Source: Bacteroidales bacterium (GTDB lineage: Bacteria > Bacteroidota > Bacteroidia > Bacteroidales > P3). Taken from it: a DNA stretch of 64,000 bases. A program made the position numbers and the translations under genes. The stretch spans positions 4,555 to 68,554 of the forward strand of contig JAEDJL010000003.1 in the NCBI GenBank assembly GCA_016296345.1, in the 5' to 3' direction. Below the pieces are notes generated by a model. The model ran no database searches and was not told the origin of the DNA. It saw nothing but the letters and a program-made list of their open reading frames with translations. This document shows positions 27,742-36,293 of this stretch, piece after piece. Position 1 is the stretch's first letter. The number at the start of each line of letters is the position of its first letter.

Positions 27742-29306
27742 TATCTTTGTCCTCCTTTTCCTTTCATTAAATCAATAAACGGATTGTAGTAGTTGTCGCC
27801 TTTTTCAAACACTCCCGACAATCCTTTTCCACCATTGAACGGACGTTTTATGTCCGCAAAGATACCTTTCTCCAAAGCAGAGAAGAGACCCTCCTTTGTC
27901 ATTTTTTCCAACAGCTCTATGGCATCGTCCAACACCTTTTTGGCTCTTGTCTGCATGATACCGTCTTTCTTAAACTCCACATCGTCTCCAAGGTTCTTCA
28001 TATTGCGGAAGATGTATTGAGCATTCTCGATAGACAAGTAACGGTCAGACATGAAAGGAGTGTGAATTGCCTCGGTCATCATACCCAAAAGTTGCAATCC
28101 CTGCCCTGTCCAAATAGCTATTTCGTTAAACAAAGCGTCTTGAATGTGTCCTCGGAATATGTTTCCGGTCATAAACTTTGTCGGAGGCATATATTTCAAA
28201 GGTGCCTTAGGGAAAATCTCTCTTATCATCTGAGCTTGAGCCAACTCATACAAGAATCCGTTTTCCAAATCGGGCGTCATCTCAAACGCATGACCCAATC
28301 CCATTTGTTCTTCGGGCAATCCTGCTGCAAAAGCAAGCTGTTCGTTGATAAGGTCTGAGGCTAAAACTGTGTGTGCCTGCTCAAAAGCATCGGCTGTTGT
28401 GAGGTAATTGTCTTCTCCTGTGTTGATTATAACGCCTGCAAAGCCGTTTATCACTCTCGAAAAGTACTGATCGATAAGTGTTCTCTGCATATTGATGTCG
28501 CGGAACAAGATACCGTAAAGTGCATCGTTCAACATGACGTCCAAACCTTCCAATGCACCCATTACAGCAATCTCCGGCATACACAAACCCGAGCAATAGT
28601 TGCACAATCTGATGTAACGACCTACCTCTTCGCCCACTTCGTCCAACGCCTTACGCATTATGCGGAAGTTTTCCTGAGTTGCGAAAGTTCCACCAAAGCC
28701 TTCGGTAGTTGCACCGTAAGGAACATAGTCCAAAAGCGACTGACCTGTTGTACGTATCACGGCAATGATGTCTGCACCCTGCCTTGCACCTGCCTGAGCC
28801 TGCACAACGTCCTCATAGATGTTACCTGTTGCCACTATAATATATAGGTATGGTTTTTTGCCTTCGCCTATGGTCTCTATGTAGTTCTCTCTTCGGCGGC
28901 GGTTGGCTTTAATTCGCTCCATCGACTGCTCGATAAAAGGTTGCAAAGCCTCCTTTGCCTTTTGTGCATCGCCCTGAGGGAGAGTTGTAATATCGAGAGT
29001 GCCTGCCGCTGTCTGCTCTGCAATCTCGCAAGGGGTCTTTCCTGTCTGCAATACTGCGTTACCCAACACCGGAAGGATACCATTTGCCAACATACCCTTG
29101 TCTTTGACAAAATCGACCAACACATTTGGCAAAGGAACGCCGCTTTGGTCAATTCCATCTACCCCCATCAAACGGCACAACGTCCTTTCGCAGGCAACGG
29201 TCGAATAACCATCGACAAAATCCTGCACTTGGTCGGAGATTACCTTCGCAAGCTCCTTTGCGTGTGCCACCTTGTTAAAATCCAAGCCTAATTTGCTCTT
29301 TTCCAT
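27741..29306 (-). CDS. kamD: Lysine 5,6-aminomutase alpha subunit
   Basis: 521 aa. Its stop overlaps the kamE start by 1 nt. The size and the N-terminal pattern (LDF..V..A..LA..I...VQDFVD.YSTVA.ERT..RL.G.DG) fit KamD. Confidence 0.85.
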   Translation of the reverse strand: MEKSKLGLDFNKVAHAKELAKVISDQVQDFVDGYSTVACERTLCRLMGVDGIDQSGVPLPNVLVDFVKDKGMLANGILPVLGNAVLQTGKTPCEIAEQTAAGTLDITTLPQGDAQKAKEALQPFIEQSMERIKANRRRRENYIETIGEGKKPYLYIIVATGNIYEDVVQAQAGARQGADIIAVIRTTGQSLLDYVPYGATTEGFGGTFATQENFRIMRKALDEVGEEVGRYIRLCNYCSGLCMPEIAVMGALEGLDVMLNDALYGILFRDINMQRTLIDQYFSRVINGFAGVIINTGEDNYLTTADAFEQAHTVLASDLINEQLAFAAGLPEEQMGLGHAFEMTPDLENGFLYELAQAQMIREIFPKAPLKYMPPTKFMTGNIFRGHIQDALFNEIAIWTGQGLQLLGMMTEAIHTPFMSDRYLSIENAQYIFRNMKNLGDDVEFKKDGIMQTRAKKVLDDAIELLEKMTKEGLFSALEKGIFADIKRPFNGGKGLSGVFEKGDNYYNPFIDLMKGKGGQR

Positions 29307-29439
29307 ATCTCGTAGTGTAGTTATTATTTTTTCATTCTTGTTGCACCGTCTGCCGTGTTATCACCAAAGAGTTTCGACACGACACACCAAAGCGACTGCA
29401 AAAGTACGAAAAAGATAAGTAATTGCAAAATCAATTCAC

Positions 29440-29477
29440 AAAAAAAGGCGGTAGTTTCCTACTCTACCGCCAAAAAA
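29440..29477 (-). terminator. Rho-independent terminator downstream of the 29496..30155 OMP gene
   Basis: Stem GGCGGTAG (29447-29454) pairs with CTACCGCC (29464-29471). On the minus strand it is followed by TTTTTTT. Confidence 0.7.
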
Positions 29478-29495
29478 GTTCATATTCTCGCTTTC

Positions 29496-30155
29496 TTACC
29501 TGCCCAAAACAGCCTTATTCACCTTTTTCATGTCCAAAGGCACGCCCGCAGAAATCTCAAACGGCAACACATCTATTCTTTTGCCGCTGTTGGCACTTGT
29601 TGTGTTGGTAATGGTCGGTCTGTACGTAAAAGCAAGAGAAACATCGTCCAAAATCCATCTCAATCTTATCGGAACACAGCCCGATATCTGTGCAATGACA
29701 TCATAAGATGAAAGATTGGTGTTTCCATTTGAAGGAATTTTGAAGTAATATCCCCCATACTCGCCTCCAATTCCCACCGAAAGAGAAAGCATCGAGAAAA
29801 CATCTTCGGTATTGAAGATATAATTGTAACCAATACCCACACTAAGTTTGAAAGATGTCGAAAAACAACTGTTGTCTCCTGTTTCTCTCAACATTCCCCA
29901 ATCGATTGCATAATCTGCCTCCAACGAAAGACCTGTTTTCGTGCTGATTGAAGAGTATCGATTTCCCAATCCGAAAGCAACCGAAGGCAAATTGGTCTGT
30001 GCAACCTTGGCTCTGCCTGTTCCGAAAGAGACAGAAGCGTATGGTTCGACCACTTTAATCTTCTCGCTTTGCTGAGCAAAGACACCGAATGAACATACTG
30101 CCATGCCGTTCAAGGCACATACGGCAATGCAAACAAGTTTTGCTATTTTTTTCAT
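29496..30155 (-). CDS. Small outer-membrane beta-barrel protein
   Basis: 219 aa. Signal peptide (KLVCIAVCALNGMAVCSFGVFAQQ). Alternating-hydrophobic beta-strand pattern with Gly/Tyr-rich strands, and a terminal aromatic-containing strand. Confidence 0.6.
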   Translation of the reverse strand: MKKIAKLVCIAVCALNGMAVCSFGVFAQQSEKIKVVEPYASVSFGTGRAKVAQTNLPSVAFGLGNRYSSISTKTGLSLEADYAIDWGMLRETGDNSCFSTSFKLSVGIGYNYIFNTEDVFSMLSLSVGIGGEYGGYYFKIPSNGNTNLSSYDVIAQISGCVPIRLRWILDDVSLAFTYRPTITNTTSANSGKRIDVLPFEISAGVPLDMKKVNKAVLGR

Positions 30156-30427
30156 CGTACTTTTGTTTTTAATGGTTAAGTTTTCCTTTAATTACATCGG
30201 TGTAAAGATATAGTTTTTTTTAATACGACCATGACAAAAATTCAATCAATCTAATCAAATCGGCAAATCAGTCCTTGCAATGCTTTAATCTGCAATACCT
30301 TATACCGAATTAAAAACATCAAATCGGCATTTCGAGTGTTTTTTTACAAAGATATTTTGCCGATTGGAAGATTTGGCATATCTTTGCGGCGTTAAACGAC
30401 TTAGTAATAAACAAAACAATTATCATT

Positions 30428-30787
30428 ATGAAGAAAATATTTTGCACAATCGCCGTGACAATGTTTGCCTGCTCGGCTTTCGCTCAACAAAAAGTTGAAG
30501 CAAATTATGTGGAAGCAGGAGTAAATGAAAACGACCCTTCGACTTACAAAGCAAAAGAGGTCGTAATGCCTGACGGAAAGAAGGAAACAGTGTTGTTTAA
30601 GAAGAAACACTTCAACCAAGAGAATGTAAAAATCAGCTCTTCTTCCGCAACAGCTCTTTCAATCGAAGACATGATGGCTGTAATCGAGAGAAAGAAAAAG
30701 CAACACGAGTGTGTGAAAGAAATGTACGAAGAAGACGGATTGTACTATATGCTTTTCACCAAGTGTAACACCGAAGGAAAACAATAA
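30428..30787 (+). CDS. Small secreted hypothetical protein
   Basis: 119 aa with signal peptide MKKIFCTIAVTMFACSAFAQQ. A TATCTTTG box lies about 40 nt upstream. No recognisable domain. Confidence 0.55.
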   Translation: MKKIFCTIAVTMFACSAFAQQKVEANYVEAGVNENDPSTYKAKEVVMPDGKKETVLFKKKHFNQENVKISSSSATALSIEDMMAVIERKKKQHECVKEMYEEDGLYYMLFTKCNTEGKQ

Positions 30788-30845
30788 TTCGGCTTTTAAG
30801 ATACAATAAGAAGGCATCTTCTTTCGTTGTATTTTGAAGCGGAAA

Positions 30846-30930
30846 AATTGAAACGCCGTTTTGCTCGAGCGAAACGGCGTTTTATTCTGCCAAAACGCCG
30901 TTTTATTTCACTGAAACGCCGTTTTGTCAG
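30846..30930. repeat. Four-unit copy of the 21-nt-phased composite repeat
   Basis: Core centres at 30856, 30877, 30898 and 30919. Confidence 0.9.
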
Positions 30931-30975
30931 AGCGTTTGCAAGAGGCTTTGTTTCAGATATTTATAACATAGATAT

Positions 30976-31248
30976 ATGAGTTTGTTTCAGACAAGAAAAC
31001 CAAGACAATTTGAGTATAAACCTCGTTTTTACGACCCCGAAAAGGAAGAGTTGGAGCGTTTGAAAGCAAAGTATGGCGATGTCGAAGGGACAGAATATAA
31101 GCGTCGAATCGACTTTCGTTCTGCAATGAAGACGAAAAAAGATGAGAAAATCGGCAAACCTGTGTCGGGATTGAAGATTATACTCATCGCTTCTCTGATT
31201 ATAGCTATCTTATACTTTCTTTTGTACGTGGTAGAAACATGGCAATAG
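30976..31248 (+). CDS. Small C-terminally membrane-anchored hypothetical protein
   Basis: 90 aa. Charged N-terminal part plus one C-terminal TM helix (LKIILIASLIIAILYFLLYVV). Overlaps the mutL start by 10 nt. Confidence 0.5.
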   Translation: MSLFQTRKPRQFEYKPRFYDPEKEELERLKAKYGDVEGTEYKRRIDFRSAMKTKKDEKIGKPVSGLKIILIASLIIAILYFLLYVVETWQ

Positions 31249-33020
31249 AAATTTTGGACAGCGTTGTGGCAAATCAGATTGCCGCAGGAGAAGTGGTAAA
31301 CCGTCCCTCGTCGGTCGTAAAGGAGCTTTTGGAAAACTCAATCGACTCCGGAGCAGCCCGAGTTCAGTTGGTGATAAAAGATGCCGGCAGAACGCTCATT
31401 CAGGTGAGCGACAATGGTTGCGGAATGGACAGAGAAGATGCTCAAAAGTGCTTTCTGCCCCACGCAACCAGCAAGATACGCACTTCGGAAGACATGATGA
31501 AACTCCGCACAATGGGTTTCAGAGGCGAGGCTCTTGCATCTATTGCCGCAATTTCGCAAGTCGAACTCAAAACTCGCCGAGAGCAGGACGAAACAGGCAC
31601 AAAGGTCATAATAGAAGGCGGAGAGATAAAACAGGTTTCGGACGTTGCTTGTCCGGCAGGCACTTGTATCTCGGTCAAGAACATATTTTACAATACTCCT
31701 GCAAGGCGTAACTTCCTCAAAAGCGACCAAATAGAAAACAGCCACGTCAATGACGAATTTTTGAGGGTCGCTCTGATTAAGCCGGAAGTCGCTTTCGGCT
31801 ATGTGAACAACGAAAGAAATATGCACAACCTCACAACGGGCAACGCAAAGAAGAGAATAATCGACCTTTTCGGCTCATCGCTTTCGGGCAAGCTCATTCC
31901 GCTGAACGAAAGCCTCGATTTGGTCAAGATAGGAGGCTTTGTGTGTTCGGCAGACTTTGCAAAGAAGAACAAATCGTGGCAGTATTTCTTCGTAAACGGA
32001 CGATTTATGAAGAACAATTACTTTGCCAATGCGGTAGAGAGGGCTTTTGGCAACCTGCTTGGCGAAAAGACCTACCCTGCTTTCTTCATTACGCTCGACC
32101 TTCCGCCCGAAAACATAGATGTAAACATACATCCGACAAAGACAGAGGTCAAATTTTTGGACGACAAGATGATTTACTCCGTTCTGCACGCCGCAACAAA
32201 ACGCGGTCTCGGGCAGTATGCTCTCTCAAACGAGATTTCGTTCACCAAACCTGCCATAGAATTTCCGCAGGTGTCCGCTTCAACTCCTCTTCCCAAGGCT
32301 CCGCAAATTCGCTTTGACCCTTCGTTCAATCCTTTTGACACTTCGGACTCCCGACCGCTCACTATGTTGCAGGAAAAGCCTGTTGTGCAACCCTCTCTCT
32401 TTGAGAAAGACATTCCCGAGCTTGTCCCCACTCCCACAAACCGCCCTGCGGAAAGAGAAAACAGAGAACTCAACCTCATGCAGGTGGCAGAGCGATATAT
32501 TGTTGTCCGAAGCAAGGAGTCTGTGCTACTGATTGACCAGAGCAGAGCGTCGCAAAGGGTGATTTACGAAAGCGTCCTCGGAGGCGAAACTCCCAAAACC
32601 CTGTGCCAAAACCTTGCAACACCCATAAAACACTTCTTTGCACCTCACATAAGTTTCCAACTTGTGGAACTGCTTCCTGCCTTGGAGAGCTATGGAATGA
32701 AGATGGAGTATGACAAGACGGACGGAGGATTTTTCCTTGTGGCAAAATCGCCTTCAAACAGTGCGGAAGAGTGTTTCGAGACGGCTCAAAACCTTGTCGA
32801 AGACAAGCAAAACTGCTTTGCCTCAGGCTCTCAAAACGAGAAAAGAGCCATGATGATTGCACAAAAGAACAAAATACCTTACGGACAGGTGCTTTCCAAC
32901 CAACAAATGCAGACATTGATTTCCCAGCTGTTCAGTTGCAGAGAGTGTAACCTCACTCCCGAGGGAAAAAAGATAATAATCAGACTGACAACAGACGACT
33001 TGGACAAGATGTTCGAGTAG
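31239..33020 (+). CDS. mutL: DNA mismatch repair protein MutL
   Basis: 593 aa. IAAGEVV.RP.SVVKELLENS.D, GCGM, RTMGFRGEALASI and the GHKL ATPase motifs are present, plus a C-terminal dimerisation region. Confidence 0.95.
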   Translation: MAIEILDSVVANQIAAGEVVNRPSSVVKELLENSIDSGAARVQLVIKDAGRTLIQVSDNGCGMDREDAQKCFLPHATSKIRTSEDMMKLRTMGFRGEALASIAAISQVELKTRREQDETGTKVIIEGGEIKQVSDVACPAGTCISVKNIFYNTPARRNFLKSDQIENSHVNDEFLRVALIKPEVAFGYVNNERNMHNLTTGNAKKRIIDLFGSSLSGKLIPLNESLDLVKIGGFVCSADFAKKNKSWQYFFVNGRFMKNNYFANAVERAFGNLLGEKTYPAFFITLDLPPENIDVNIHPTKTEVKFLDDKMIYSVLHAATKRGLGQYALSNEISFTKPAIEFPQVSASTPLPKAPQIRFDPSFNPFDTSDSRPLTMLQEKPVVQPSLFEKDIPELVPTPTNRPAERENRELNLMQVAERYIVVRSKESVLLIDQSRASQRVIYESVLGGETPKTLCQNLATPIKHFFAPHISFQLVELLPALESYGMKMEYDKTDGGFFLVAKSPSNSAEECFETAQNLVEDKQNCFASGSQNEKRAMMIAQKNKIPYGQVLSNQQMQTLISQLFSCRECNLTPEGKKIIIRLTTDDLDKMFE

Positions 33021-33025
33021 AAAGA

Positions 33026-33065
33026 AAATCTGCACCCTGCTTTCTTTGTTGCAGAGTGCAGATTT
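33026..33065. terminator. Bidirectional hairpin between convergent mutL and the 2-hydroxyacid dehydrogenase gene
   Basis: AAATCTGCAC (33026-33035) pairs with GTGCAGATTT (33056-33065). Confidence 0.6.
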
Positions 33066-33088
33066 GGTATTCTGTAAAGCCCTTTGGA

Positions 33089-34024
33089 CTATTTGCTTTC
33101 GATGTATTGGTCCAAGTTTTGCAGGATTATGTCTATCCTTATGTCGAAACTCTCCCTTGTTGCAAAGGCAACGTGTGGCAAAAGCAAGGTATTCTTTGCT
33201 CCAAGAAGGGGATTGTCCGCTTTCAAAGGCGGTTCGCTGTCGTAAACGTCGATTGCAGCTGCCGCAATCCGTCCTTGGTTCAAGCAGTCTGCCAAGGCTT
33301 TGTTGTCAATCACCCCTCCGCGAGAAGTATTGACCACTATGGCAGAGGGTTTGCACAAAGCTAGCATCTCGGAGCTGATAAGACCCTTTGTTTGCTTGGT
33401 CAGAGGAGTGTGAAGCGAGATAATGTCGCTGCGTTTCATCAATTCCTCCAACGAAGTGTACTCTATATTCATGTCAATAGCCTCCTGCCGCTGCGAACGC
33501 GAGTAGGCAATAATCTGACAGCCGAAGACTTTGAGCAGTTGTGCCGTCCTGAGTCCTATTGCTCCCGTTCCGACAATGCCGACCGTCTTGCCGCAAAGCT
33601 CTCTTCCCAAGATATTGTTCCTGCCTTGAAGAGAACGAGTTGCAGCATCAAAAGGCGTCATCTTGCGATAAACATCGAGCATCATTCCCACAGCCAATTC
33701 TGCCACTGCCTGCGTAGCATAGCCCGAGGCATTGCGGATTTGTATTCCTCTTTGGCTGCAATAGTCTTGGTCTATGTGGTCCAAGCCCGTGAAAGCGACG
33801 TTCAAGAACTTCAATTCGGGACATTGTTCCAACACATTGCGACCAAGAGGGATATTGGACACCATTACGACTTCCGCACCCTTCATTCTTTCGACAAGGG
33901 TCGCCTCATCTTCCTTTCGGTCGGGGAAAACGACCAACTCACAACCCTTTTTCTCATATTTTCGAGCCAATTCCGCTGCCCTTTCGGGGCTTATTCCCAT
34001 AGGCTCTACTGCAACAATTTTCAT
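33089..34024 (-). CDS. D-isomer-specific 2-hydroxyacid dehydrogenase family (glycerate/phosphoglycerate dehydrogenase-like)
   Basis: Start taken at MKIVAVEP (CAT at 34022-34024). NAD motif GIVGTGAIG, and the catalytic region INTSRGGVID..AL and AAIDV are present. Confidence 0.85.
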   Translation of the reverse strand: MKIVAVEPMGISPERAAELARKYEKKGCELVVFPDRKEDEATLVERMKGAEVVMVSNIPLGRNVLEQCPELKFLNVAFTGLDHIDQDYCSQRGIQIRNASGYATQAVAELAVGMMLDVYRKMTPFDAATRSLQGRNNILGRELCGKTVGIVGTGAIGLRTAQLLKVFGCQIIAYSRSQRQEAIDMNIEYTSLEELMKRSDIISLHTPLTKQTKGLISSEMLALCKPSAIVVNTSRGGVIDNKALADCLNQGRIAAAAIDVYDSEPPLKADNPLLGAKNTLLLPHVAFATRESFDIRIDIILQNLDQYIESK

Positions 34025-34106
34025 ATAACTTGGTATTGAATTATCAGTTTTTTGTTTCTGTTTTGCAAAGATAGCCATTTTCTTTTGCCCTTGTCCTGTG
34101 TTGCGA

Positions 34107-34192
34107 AAATAAAACGGCGATTTGCAGAAATAAATCGCCGTTTTATTCTGACAAAACGCCGTTTTATTTTGTTGAAACGGCGTTTTATTTCA
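34107..34192. repeat. Four-unit copy of the 21-nt-phased composite repeat
   Basis: Core centres at 34117, 34138, 34159 and 34180. Confidence 0.9.
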
Positions 34193-34229
34193 AGCATTGC
34201 AAGAGACTGTAATTCAAAACGATAAAATT

Positions 34230-34267
34230 CCAAAAAAGAAAGAGGCTGTCCATACGGACAAAGCCTC
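34230..34267 (-). terminator. Rho-independent terminator downstream of efp
   Basis: On the minus strand, GAGGCTTTGTCC-GTAT-GGACAGCCTC is followed by TTTCTTTTTTGG. Confidence 0.6.
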
Positions 34268-34321
34268 CTTCGGTCAACGGTGTCTGCCCAAAGGGCAGCC
34301 TAACATCAATAATTAAAGAAA

Positions 34322-34885
34322 TTATTTTACTCTCTCGGCATATTCAGCCGTCCTTGTGTCGATTTTAATTCTCTCTCCCGTTTCGATAAACAAAGGAATA
34401 CGAACTTTTGCTCCCGTTTCGACAGTTGCATCTTTCATTGCGTTTGTGGCAGTGTTGCCTTTCACTCCGGGTTCTGTGTAAGTTACTTCCATTTCTACAA
34501 AAGGCGGCAACTCACAAGAAAGAGGTGTTTCGGTGTCTGCGTGAACTATTATCTCAACATACTGTCCTTCTTTGAGGAATTGAGGAGCGTTTATCATGCT
34601 TTCCTCAATGTTTATCTGCTCATAGGTTTCTGCGTGCATGAAATTGTAACCTGTGTCATCTTTGTAAAGATATGTGTAAGGTCTTCTCTCGACTCTGCAA
34701 GTGTCAATCTTGCAACCGGCAGGAAAAGTATGCTCCAAAGTTCTGCCTGTCTTGAAGCTCTTCAATTTAGTTCTCACAAATGCACTTCCTTTTCCCGGTT
34801 TGACGTGCAGAAACTCCACTACAGAAAATAAATCGTTGTTCAATTCGATGCACAAACCGTTCTTAATGTCTGCTGTTGTTGCCAT
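34322..34885 (-). CDS. efp: Translation elongation factor P
   Basis: 187 aa. [42 protein letters not shown] is the canonical EF-P N-terminus. Confidence 0.95.
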   Translation of the reverse strand: MATTADIKNGLCIELNNDLFSVVEFLHVKPGKGSAFVRTKLKSFKTGRTLEHTFPAGCKIDTCRVERRPYTYLYKDDTGYNFMHAETYEQINIEESMINAPQFLKEGQYVEIIVHADTETPLSCELPPFVEMEVTYTEPGVKGNTATNAMKDATVETGAKVRIPLFIETGERIKIDTRTAEYAERVK

Positions 34886-34949
34886 ATTTAATTTTTTGTT
34901 TGTCTATCTGCCGTGCAGATAGGTGTTAAGTATTTGTGTTATTTAATTC

Positions 34950-35216
34950 TTACTGATTTGTTTCTTGCTTTTGGTTTTGCAAATTCTCCACTCTGCGTTC
35001 CAAAAAGTCGTTTTCGTCTTTCAACCGGGTGTATTCCTTTTCGTAAAACGAGGCTTTCATGCCCGAAGAAAGCATTCTCAAAATGCAGACTGCAAGCAAT
35101 GCAAAGGCTGCATCTTCAACACGTTTGAAGCCTACGAAGAAATAGTAAATCACTACGCCGATTATGCCGACGTATGACAAGATTTCGAGTATTTTTGCTG
35201 CTTTTAGTGCTTTCAT
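34950..35216 (-). CDS. Small membrane protein with C-terminal coiled-coil-like tail (hypothetical)
   Basis: Start at the second Met (MKALKAAKILEILSYVGIIGVVIYYFFVGF). Two hydrophobic helices followed by a charged tail. Confidence 0.45.
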   Translation of the reverse strand: MKALKAAKILEILSYVGIIGVVIYYFFVGFKRVEDAAFALLAVCILRMLSSGMKASFYEKEYTRLKDENDFLERRVENLQNQKQETNQ

Positions 35217-35345
35217 TTTGACTTGTTTCGGCGTGCAAAGGTACATTTTTTTTTGGTATTTCCAAAAAATATACGCTTTTTTGGCTATCTTTGCCGAACG
35301 TTTGCCCGTTATGGGTTTTCAAAAAGGGACAAAAACATTAACATT

Positions 35346-36284
35346 ATGAGAAAAGCAAGTATAGGACTTTTGTTTGCGATTTTGCTTTGGGGCTTTGGGG
35401 CTTCTGCACAGAACACAAGCCGAATGGACGATGCCAAATTGACGGAATTTTCCTACAAGTTGAGCAAATTACCTTTCAGTGAGAGAAACGTAATCGACAC
35501 TGCGTGCAGGTTATTTGAGACTATGTTTAAGGGAGATGCCGACAATGCCGACTGGGGCTACCAAATTTTGTATTTTTATCACGAGTTGAGTTGCGAAGAC
35601 AAGACTACAACGCTGCACAAGACCTTTTCGGAAGAAGAAATCAGGGCTTTGGTTCACAAAGACATCAAAGTACTCGGCGGATTGGTCTCTGACATGAAAC
35701 GTTTTGAGAACGAGTATGGAAAATATGGCTATAGAATAATGTCGTATGAGGATACCTCGTATGCAATCGAAGTTCAGCCGGGCTTTTTGTACGACAAATT
35801 CAAAAAGATGCTCACTCCCGAATATGCATACTACCGCGGATTGTGGATAAAAGAGCATGACATTCCTGCAATATGGCACGCAACCCTTGCAATTCCCCTT
35901 TCGGAAGTGTTCAAACGCATAGAATGGAGAGACGAATTCCTCGAAAAAAATCCCGATTTCATAAGAGAAGACCTTGTAACAAGAGAAATCGAGCGTCTTT
36001 GCTTCATTGTTACCAAGGGATTGGAGAATACGTCGGTTTATGACGAGAAAGATGTCATCAAACCCGAGTATAAAGACGCTCTTCAGGCATATTACCGCTC
36101 CCACAAGCAGACAAAATGGGGCAAATACATGACTGACTACGTTCATTTGCTTGCTCTGAACAAGTATCGCAACAGTTACAAAATCGATTCTTGGGTTTTG
36201 GAACACCTCTTCCCCGAAGGCAGGAAGAATATCGACCCTTTGTTGAAGTACAAGGACATTTTGATTGATAATATCGTTGAATAA
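35346..36284 (+). CDS. Secreted hypothetical protein
   Basis: ATG at 35346 yields signal peptide MRKASIGLLFAILLWGFGASAQ. A TATCTTTG box lies near 35285. No domain recognised. Confidence 0.6.
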   Translation: MRKASIGLLFAILLWGFGASAQNTSRMDDAKLTEFSYKLSKLPFSERNVIDTACRLFETMFKGDADNADWGYQILYFYHELSCEDKTTTLHKTFSEEEIRALVHKDIKVLGGLVSDMKRFENEYGKYGYRIMSYEDTSYAIEVQPGFLYDKFKKMLTPEYAYYRGLWIKEHDIPAIWHATLAIPLSEVFKRIEWRDEFLEKNPDFIREDLVTREIERLCFIVTKGLENTSVYDEKDVIKPEYKDALQAYYRSHKQTKWGKYMTDYVHLLALNKYRNSYKIDSWVLEHLFPEGRKNIDPLLKYKDILIDNIVE

Positions 36285-36293
36285 AATTTTTGT

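Noticed and set aside
29307-29440. Possible B12 or lysine riboswitch in the kamD leader
   Set aside because: The leader after the TACTTTTG box is only about 95 nt. I could not find the conserved B12-box or lysine-riboswitch helices, and it is too short for either class. Only a covariance-model scan could settle this.
30259-30375. Possible decayed copy of the 21-nt repeat (aaatcggcaaatc, aaatcggcatttc, ttttgccgattgg)
   Set aside because: The cores are heavily mutated and their spacing is not 21 nt, so I cannot distinguish this from chance AT-rich sequence.
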